The position numbers and the translations under genes are program-made. Positions 26,101 through 35,196 of a stretch of DNA of 64,000 bases are shown here, in pieces (the stretch's first letter is position 1; each line of letters opens with the position of its first letter). The stretch lies in contig NW_026889753.1 in assembly GCF_033153115.1 (NCBI RefSeq), positions 3,410,001 to 3,474,000 of the forward strand, read 5' to 3'. This DNA comes from Saccostrea echinata (taxonomy: Eukaryota). The notes beneath the pieces are model-generated. The model was not told the DNA's origin and did no database searches. It saw only the letters and a program-made list of their open reading frames with translations.

Positions 26101-27650
26101 TACAAACTTATAGTGAATACTTGTGTTTAAGTCATAATTACTGCCTATGTATCAAACTATAGTATTAGCTGTTCCTTGAACTACAATTTTACAAATTAAA
26201 TTTCAGTTGTGTTTTACAAGTAATTAATCAATTTTTTGATAATGCTCCTTTGCATGTGTAAGATGATTTTTTTCATCAGTGATTTTTTAGACATATAATA
26301 TCACTTTCATTTATTCTGCAGTTACTTGAAGGGGAAGTGTATCATTATCATACCAAACTTATGATGAAAGAAGCAAAAACAGGAGGAAGTCACCTGTGGC
26401 ATCAGGACTATGGGTAAACATAATGTCTTTTGATAGAGCCCAATACATATATATGTCATTGCAGGACAGAGTTTACATTGCATAACAGTATAATTGTTAT
26501 TGTCTACAGTAAAACCTCCAATCCAGACTTTATGAAAGGGACTTAAAATTTACATTGTATAAATAGGCAAGATTTTAGATTGCACAACATCTGGATTAGA
26601 CAAGTTTTACTGTATGTATATTGATATTTTGTTATTCAGATACTGGTACAAGAATGGTTGTCTGTTCCCAGACCTGTTAACTGTTTTCATTGCAATAGAT
26701 AAGTGCAACAAAGCAAATGGCTGCTTACAGGTATATTTCTATTGAAAATCTGATCATAAATTGTAGAACACAAGAAAAAAGATTTTTCAGTGAAAACTTC
26801 ATTCTTTCCAGATCCTGAGAGGTTCTCACAAATGTGGAAGAATTGAACACTTGATGGTCGCTGGCCAGACAGGGGCAGATGTAGAGAGAGTGAGAGAAAT
26901 TGAAAAAGTGTGTCCCATGGAGTTTGTGGAAATGGAACCTGGTGTGTTTACAGTCACCAAGAATATATCAGCTATATTTGCATAAAGACTGTCAGAGTAC
27001 TCATACTTTGACAAAAAAATCAAACTATAGAACAAAATTTAGGATATGACACTAATTTTATATAGAGTTCATCATCATTTTTCTTTTATTTAAATAACAA
27101 ATATACAAAATTGCCTCAAAATTGACTAATCATTTATAGCAAAATTGCTATCATTGATTTTGATAGTGAAAGGAATTCATCAAGTGAGTTAATAAACTAT
27201 TGATAATTTTCTTCACAATTTTGTAGGTGATGCACTGTTTTTTCACAGTAATTTGTTACATACCAGTGGCCCTAATAACAGTGAGTTGAGGAGATGGGCA
27301 TTTCTTGTGGCATACAATACCAAGGCCAATAACCCTGTCATTCCTCATCATCATCCACAGTACACTCCCCTGGAAAAGGTAATGTCCATTAAATTCCAAA
27401 ATATTGAAATTTTTTTTTCAGAATGTTAAGAACTTGTAACAGCTGTTGTGAAATTTAATTTAATTTCATTTAAGTTTATGAATTTCTGACTTCAAAATTG
27501 GGAAACATGCATTAATCATAATTATTAACTTTTATGAAGGTTCCAAATTCTGCTATAAGAGATTGCACCAACGTGACAGACATGACTGGGAAGGAATTTT
27601 TGAACCCATCTGTAGATAAGACTGTCAAACTAGATAAAAAGGCTGGATAA
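21564..27650 (+). CDS. PhyH-family Fe(II)/2-oxoglutarate dioxygenase (proline/ectoine-hydroxylase-like), 287 aa, 9 coding exons: 21564-21576, 22269-22350, 22876-22957, 25937-26047, 26322-26413, 26640-26730, 26812-26941, 27227-27378, 27540-27650
   Basis: All introns are GT-AG with consistent phases; total 864 nt. Protein: [118 protein letters not shown]. HxD..H triad and 2OG-binding Arg present. Confidence 0.95.
21677..21853. mobile_element. Tc1/mariner(pogo)-type MITE in dioxygenase intron 1
   Basis: TA|cagttgaacttcattatctcgaa ... ttcgagataacaaggtttgactg|TA: imperfect TIRs with a TA TSD. Confidence 0.75.
23143..25872 (+). mobile_element. HINE family B with ~169-bp satellite array (~10 units) in dioxygenase intron 3
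   Basis: 5' hairpin aggtcacctgag-tca-ctcaggtgacct; cgtc/gtgc microsatellite; units beginning aaattgtgaatttcatggcccc every ~169 bp; 3' subTIR ctcaggtgacc and palindrome aggcccttgggcct, ending cttgtt. Confidence 0.92.
26507..26612. mobile_element. Small TA-TSD MITE in dioxygenase intron 5
   Basis: TA|cagtaaaacctccaatccaga ... tctggattagacaagttttactg|TA. Confidence 0.7.
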
Positions 27651-28460
27651 GTCAAATTCACTTCTACAAAATGGACAGAAATCTTATCAATTGAATTGTA
27701 ATATGCTTCAATATAGCATGCATAATTTGTTAATATAAGGTTTATACATTGTACATATTCCATAATGGCAATGCAAATATTTTTATCATGTGTTCTCACT
27801 TTCATTCATTTATTACAACCTTTCATAACAAGAGGGAACATTTTTCTGTGTATATTTAACAAAACATGTTTTAATTGTCCTTGCTCAGTGATTTATTAAT
27901 ATCTCATATTCATATAACTGGAAAGACCCCCCCCCCCCCCCCCCCCCGCCTCCGCAACTGACAAATGTGCCATATATAATATGAAAGAATGTTAGTCTTT
28001 TCAGCAATATTGCAGCAATTCCAAAGTGACAATAAAATTATCTTAATTACACTTGTTTGTGGCAGATTTATATTTCATTTTTTTAGTCACAGGTCTGCCG
28101 TTGAAACCGGAGGGGACTATAGGTTTCCTCTGAGTCTGTCCGTCCGTCTGTCTGTCTGTGCAGATATTGAGCTGATTTTTGGTATGTGACTGAGTGTATC
28201 TTGATGAGTTACAGATCAAGTTTGCATTTCGTTCCGCTTCAATGATTTTTGATGGAATTATGACCTTTTCAATTTTTCAGGGTTTTCCACAATTTTTTTC
28301 TTAACGCTTGCAGATATTGAGCTGATTTTTGGTATGTGACTTAACCTTGATGAGTTATAGATCAAGTTCAGATATCGTCCCGCTTCATTGATTTTTGACG
28401 GAATTATGGCATTTTCAATTTTTAGCGGGAACCAGATTACACTTGCCGGTAGGGGACTAG

Positions 28461-31400
28461 TATGGCACGCCGATTGCTTCAAAATTATTTTCTGCACAAC
28501 GATCACGATTTTATACACGAGCTTGATGAAAAATATACACGAGTAAAATAAAAATGCACGTATCGGTAAAAATTGCACATAGTTTGAAAGATTTTAACAC
28601 AAACATAACGAAAAATACACGAATCCGAAATTTTTTACACGATTAATGGGTATTAAATGCACAAACGTAAAATCAAAAACTGCACGAGCAGAGGAAACTA
28701 AAAATTACACAAACAATTTTACTGCGCATACAGCTGCGCATATCATTATTATGCACATAGAATATTCATTGTGTTCTTGGTTTTCTGTACTCTTTATCTC
28801 TTCTTGAATGCTGGATGTAATTAATCGAGAGAAAATGGCGTTGACGATGATATGCATGTTTGTTTGCTTCTTTATTTCTTTGCTAAAACTCGATCCGATT
28901 TCTAGCTAATGCCAATGAAACGAATGAAGTGTTTTCTTGTGAACTGTGTGAAAAAAATTAAAAGTTGTTCGGAGATATTATATTTTTCTTATATTGACCG
29001 AGATCCTAGCCAAATTATGGAGGTATTATATGATGCCGGACATAAATTGTGACAAGAAAGAAATCGCATGTTTGTGTTATAATGCGGGGGAAAGAGTACC
29101 ATTGCATATGATGCACTCGACTCTGAACTAAACGTAATACACAGCAAACTCTAAATTCCTAACGATAAACAGATCTTGCTTTAAAAAAATGATAGAATTA
29201 TTTATTTATCTTTTTTAAATATACGCTCTATGGCCTTTTAAAATTATCTAACTTATAGATACAACTTTAACGGAAATTACTTGTATAAAATAAAATTAAA
29301 ACATGCATAATAAAACGATTAATAAAGTGGATTCTTCATGAAAATGATGGCAAAATTATTGCTGATTATAATCATTAAATTGTAGAATTTATTTCGGTAC
29401 TTCTCATTTGTACTCATTATGATTTCATTTGAGCAGATTCTTTTTTCATTTGGGAGTTAGCTGGATATATTTTTTATTTTCAAAAAGACTAATAAGTGGG
29501 GATTACCTGACCTTAGATATACACAGTATGTTTTTAAAGTCAAACATAAAAAAAATATTTCTAATTATACATGTATCTTTACTTATAAAATATGAGGATA
29601 TCAATTTTGGTTGGATATCTGTAGCCTACACTGTTATGAATTCCTTCCATGATATCGCATATTTTCAGTCAAAAACTGCTCAATAAAAAATAAGACATTC
29701 CTATAAAGGGAAAGCGTTACCCTCATTCGTAATGGCGATTACTTGATAAATGTGTTCACTTTTAATAAAAAGGACCAGATAAAGGAAAAATATATACTCT
29801 ATGTGCTTTATATACATGCGGTTTTGTGTTTTGTTACTTAAAATTTGTCCAAATGAAATAACAAAACTCTACTCAAATGATCCTGGCATCGGCAAAACTA
29901 ATGACATTAATTAGTGGCGGATCTGGTTCGTGGATTGATTGAGTCGCAACATCTGAATCTATGTATTTATTAAAGTTTCAAATCGTCGGACCATAATGAT
30001 ACGTCAGAAATTTTAAAACATAGTGAATTACTAAATACATCTACGTACAATGTTACAAATAATAAAATGGTAATGGATATTATAATAAATAGAAAGAACA
30101 TAGAACGTGTTTTACCGCTCTTGAAAAATGCAAAATCATGTTCTTTATGGAGCTAGATGTTTGACAAAGATTTTCCAAGATAACAAATTTTCTTTACATT
30201 TCGAATTTGTATGCATAAAATTTTAATTATTATCCGAACACTTGTCTTTTGTAATAACACTTTTTTACCCAAAGATATAGTCATTATAAAAAGAACATGG
30301 CTGTATAATTATAAAATGAAAAAAATCTTCAATAACATTTAAGGAACATATTTGATACAAGCTTCACTTTTTAAAAGATTATTCATGTGCATATCTATAA
30401 CATTTTTGAAAATTCAGATTACGAGTTAAAAAGCCTAATCTACGCAATATGAATTTTGTACGTATATATGTACAAGTAATTAAAAAGTTTGCTTTATAGC
30501 AATATTGTACATGTGTATCAATGGCATCAACCAGGTCTTGTTTTTATTTCGAGCATGACTACGAATAAATATAAGAAAACATATGATGAATATAAACTTC
30601 AAGAAATTTTTGTTTTATTTCCGTGTGCAAATTTATTATTGCCAAAATCTGCATTGAAAATAAATATGCATGTGTAGCCAAGTCCCAGCTAATTAAGTTC
30701 ATCTTGTACATCTTCTTGAATTTGGTCTTACAATATCGTTACAAATCAGTTAAATTGCAATCCTGATTCCGATGGACTATTATATGTACCCTTAAATTCT
30801 TAGAAAATATTTCAGGCACGTAGCATCAGTAGCCCCCCCCCTTTTTTTTCCAAACACAACCTACTTCTATTGAAAATGAACACTGAAAAGCTGGTTGCCC
30901 CCCTCCCCCTTGTTGTAGGATAGTTTAAATCAAAGTAATTTGGCATTATAATGTGTTTCGAAAACAAAATGGAAGGTGGGAACCCCCCCCCCCCCCCCCC
31001 CCCACGAAATGGAGTTTTCGAGTTTGGACACTTTACCTTTTTTGTTACTTGTCAAGGTTTTTTTCAGGTAGCTTGTCAAAAAAAAAAAAAAAATTCTGGC
31101 TGCCCCCCCCCCTTTCAAAAACGTTACTACGTGCCTGTATTTTATAATTTTAAATTTTCTTCACTCCTTTATATGCATTTTAACTATTCAAAATAGACTA
31201 CCGCCGGTACATTAAAAACAACAAAAATTAAGCTTTAATTCACATAAGTAAAACGACTGTATAATTTTTCTACAGTTTCATGGAGTTTTATGAAATCACC
31301 ACACGTTGCTCAAAGTTAAGACTACATGTACTACTTTGTTACATACATATATCAAAAAGTGAGATATGCGTTTCAATATTAAAATTTCAGTTGCGCAATT

Positions 31401-32342
31401 ATTTGCTTGATTTTCTTTACTGTTGACTTCCAAAAAGTTTTCGGTCAAATTCCACAACCCAGATAATCGCAACTTTGTATGAATTGCCAGTAATCTTTAA
31501 TCAAAAGGTATTATTGGTGTGTGAAATAGCTATAAATCGATTAGCGTACAGATGTCTTTCGTTCCAGAACCAGCAGGGAGGGATCTCTGTATGAAAAGGT
31601 CACGCATGCACATCCTTGATTATTACCAAAAGTACACTCAGTGGGTGGTGGAGGAGAAGAGTTTGATTTGTTGTTAACTCTCCTGTATTATATCACATGT
31701 TGTTTTTATTTATTTTAATTTAGGCCTATATGCCATTGTTTTAAACTTTCAAAAGAAATTGCTATATAGAAGAATGACCTACTAAAAACAATCCAACAAT
31801 TAAACACAACTGTAATATGCACCCCCCTTTTTTTTACGTTATCTATACATGTATTCTTTGTAGAATGTTTTTTATTCGGGAGTATTCATATACTACAAGT
31901 TTAAGATTGTGTGTCTGTCAATTTATCTACATGTATAATATACGTTGTACATATTCTTGAGAGTCTAGTGGAATTTTAAAAGAATCTTTTTTAAAAAGAT
32001 TACTAACACGTTACTCCTCCTTTTGTATTTATAGTATGTTTCAAGCATCCAAGCCACATTGACCTGTTCTCTAATGAATATTAATGAAATATGCGCAATG
32101 AGGATGCGTTGCGTAGTATGTCGATGTTGTATTCTCACTCGTGCAGTTTTCGTTTTTACGTTTGTGTTATTTTCTCACTATATCGTGTAAATATATTGTT
32201 GATTGTGCAGTTTTTCTATAGTTTGTTTAAATTTCAATAACTTCGTGTATATTTTCCTCACTTTGTGTAAGTTTTTACTTACTCGTGTAATTTTTGTTTA
32301 AGGTCGTGCAGAAAATAATTTTGAAGCAATCGGCGTGCCATA
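28461..32342. mobile_element. 3.88-kb non-autonomous DNA transposon, perfect 37-bp TIRs, 6-bp TSD (IS3EU-like)
   Basis: TIR tatggcacgccgattgcttcaaaattattttctgcac (28461-28497) and its exact reverse complement (32306-32342). TSD gactag at 28455-28460 and 32343-32348. Subterminal aaa(a/t)(t/a)(a/g)cacg repeats are inverted at the two ends. No long ORF. Confidence 0.9.
30813..31137. mobile_element. MITE with caggcacgtag TIRs nested in the IS3EU-like element
   Basis: caggcacgtag ... ctacgtgcctg, flanked by tattt on both sides (5-bp TSD candidate); C-run-rich interior. Confidence 0.7.
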
Positions 32343-32671
32343 GACTAGTATTGTTAATGCAATACTCTCAGAATGCTTGTTTAAATTTGCCTATTTTTGT
32401 CAATAAGAACAGTGCCACTAAAATCAGGGGTTACACCTTTATAACCCCATTCCCTGAGATAAAAAAGTAAATACGTATATATAAGGAACACTGCTAGTTC
32501 TTGTATGCTTCCAAGTCGGTTATCTAATCACCACTTATATATAACTGGCTCATATGCATATTGATTCTTATCACTTGCACATATGCACATTGATTCTTAT
32601 CACTTGAAGTTACACTCGGCACACCTCGGCCGATTCGTACCTCATGTTTGATGAAGGTGACGGAATCAGCC

Positions 32672-32982
32672 CATAGGGGCTTGTCTTCCGGATTGTTAAA
32701 TATAAAATAAATTTTAAAGATTTTGAATCTTCTTTAAATATACTTAAAAGTTGTTAAAATAGAGATTCTGACACTTTCAGTCAAGAAAAACCACGTTTAA
32801 CAAAGACGTACCACACCTATATACATAATCTCTAGTTTATGTATATAGGTGTGGTACGTCTTTTTCTTGACTGAAAGTGTCAGAATCTCTATTCTAACAA
32901 CTTTTATTAAGTGTATTTAAAGAAGATTCAAAATTTTTAAGATTTATTTTATATTTAACAATCCGGAAGACAAGCCCCTATG
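32672..32982. mobile_element. 311-bp foldback MITE (almost wholly palindromic) with 8-bp TSD; CAT..ATG termini, P-element-like
   Basis: cataggggcttgtcttccggattgttaaatataaaataaat... is mirrored by ...atttattttatatttaacaatccggaagacaagcccctatg. TSD aatcagcc at 32664-32671 and 32983-32990. Confidence 0.9.
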
Positions 32983-33090
32983 AATCAGCCGAAGTTTGCC
33001 GAATGTTGAAGTTATGGCTTTTCTGATCGTAAAAAAATAGATATCGTGAAAAAAATGGGAAAACGTGAATCAATATGCATGCAGTTTGGT

Positions 33091-33378
33091 CATGCGCGGA
33101 TCTAGAGGGGGGTCGGTGTCCACACCCCAATGAATTTGCAGAGTTATTTAAAGTATATACTGAAGGAAATAAAAAAAAATACTTTGCCCCCCCCCCCTTA
33201 GAAAACGTAGACCCCACCACCACTCCCACTCCCACGAAATGGGTTTTTTCAGGTTCGGGAAATGGATTTAACGGGGTGTGTGTGTTTTTCTTTTTGTTTG
33301 CTTTTCAAGAAATTTCTGGGTTCGAAATTTTTTTGTTTGAGGTGGATCCCTCTGGAAAAAATTATGGATCCGCGCCTG
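33091..33378. mobile_element. MITE with ca(g/t)gcgcggatc TIRs and 5-bp TSD ttggt
   Basis: ttggt|catgcgcggatct ... ggatccgcgcctg|ttggt. A related degenerate copy lies at 47768-47991. Confidence 0.75.
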
Positions 33379-33607
33379 TTGGTTACCTCGACGTTACTAC
33401 ATAGTTGCTTGACCATGATCAGAACAAACATCGTTTTAAAGAAATAAGTTTCTGAGGGGGGGGGGGTCCATTTCTTTGTTGTATTTATTTATTTATTTTT
33501 GCTTGTTCATTTTTTATTATTTTTTTTTAAATTTATTTTTATTTATTTATTTTTTCTCTTTGTTTTTTTCCGCTTGCAGTAAATAAAATTCTGAGAATTT
33601 TTTTTTC

Positions 33608-33926
33608 TTGAAGTGAACGTTTGTGTTCCTGAACAAATTGGCCGGATTAAGGAAGGATCCGGATTACTGAAACAATCTTAGTATAGATCAACATAAATTG
33701 TTCCCCACAAATGTTGTCCGGAAGGTGTAGCGTCCGGATTATTGGTTTCTGAGAAATCTTTTTATTGAAGTGAACGTTTGGGTTCCTGAACAAATTGGCC
33801 GGAATAAGGAAGGATCCGGATTAGTGAAACAATCTTGGTATAGATCAACATAAATTGTCCCCCACAAATGTTGTCCGAAAGGTGTAGCGTCCGGATTATT
33901 GGTGTCCGGATTAAAGAGGCTCCACT
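33608..33926. repeat. Two ~155-bp tandem copies ending in a mariner-like TIR (ccggattaaagaggctccactg)
   Basis: ttgaagtgaacgtttg..aacaaattggccgga..aaggatccggatta..gtagcgtccggattattgg occurs at ~33608 and again at ~33766. Confidence 0.7.
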
Positions 33927-34528
33927 GTTTATGAGGGGGGATGGGAAAGGGTAGGGTTGTCCACGAGTATCCGTGATATTGATTTTCCAATTTCACAGTA
34001 TATAGTCTTGGTATGGTTTATTTACTGTGTTCGTAAGTGACACACTGGCTTGATTTATATTTATACAAGGTTCAAGGAGTCTCATGTGATATCACTTTAT
34101 GCATGCAGCCATCGACAGGTAATCTCCATCATTTTAAATATTTAATTTATTAGGTAACAATCATGTTTTGTGTAACATTACCCCCATTAAAGATAACATC
34201 TATATACTTCAGTGTACAATGTGTGTATCAGTTATCTTTTTCAGAGGAGGGGGCGTGATTTGTACATAATATACATTGTAGATTGCCCATGGGGGCTTAA
34301 TCATCCGGCGTGTAAATAATTTCAAAAAAAATATATATATACTACCATCTTAAACAGTTGTTTAAATTTTAGTTGTTAAATTCATGTTATTGTTTTTTCT
34401 TTCTTAAATAAATATTTTTTTTTACACCAAAAAGTGCTGAAAAGCAGTGTTTTGCCATATTATTTAATTTACCATGCATTAAAAGCATATAAATATCTTT
34501 TTTATGATTAATATTTTTGTCATAACAG

Positions 34529-35163
34529 AAAACTTTTAGATACTGCTGAATTACAAAAGGTGAAAGAGGTGCTAGAGGACAATGAAGAAATAACCAAACA
34601 CGCATATGGCGTAAGTATCCTAACAACAATGTGGAATCATAGATCTATGTATCTTCGTTTGTTCCTTTGCTTATAGTTCGTGTTCTTTTCTTCTGTTCTT
34701 GAATGTTTGGGGGGGGGTAGGAGGAGGAGGGGTACGTGTTTGTTTGTCTGTTTTTTAAATTTATTTTGCAATTTTTCATTTATACATAAAAGTCGACGTC
34801 TCTTATAAAGTTTTGTTTCCTTTAATTAGCATAGTTGAATTTTCACACGAAAATTGTAACTTCACACAAAACACTTATTTAACTGATAATTTAATCCAAA
34901 ATGTGTAACCTTCAAAAAGCTTCCTGATGGATTAGGGAGGGAATGCAAAATGGTTCTGTGGAGCCATCCAGGAAATGATGTTACAGGGATGGTTGTACGC
35001 TGTGAAAAAGTTGTCGATACCACAGAAAAGGTAAGACTGGTAGAGATAATTGTCTCTGCCCTGTTTTGAATTAGCCCACTGGCGACATAGAAAAGGATGA
35101 AATTAAAACTGGGGCGAAAATGTTCCTGCATATGGTATATAAGTGTAAAGTGACCTTGAATTA

Positions 35164-35196
<33 letters not shown>

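Larger units (their letters stand above)
28081..32382 (+). mobile_element. HINE family C, interrupted near its 3' end (28081-28460 + 32343-32382)
   Basis: Matches the reverse complement of the intact copy at 44938-45382. The sequence ggggactag|tattg(c/t)taatgcaatactctcagaatg is split by a 3.9-kb insertion. Confidence 0.88.

Noticed and set aside
21564-27650. Calling the dioxygenase ectD or PHYH
   Set aside because: It lacks the EctD signature and ect pathway context, and orthology to PHYH/PHYHD1 cannot be shown, so no symbol was given.
28461-32342. Polinton/Maverick (also makes a 6-bp TSD)
   Set aside because: Too short, with short TIRs lacking AG termini and no polB, integrase or capsid remnants.
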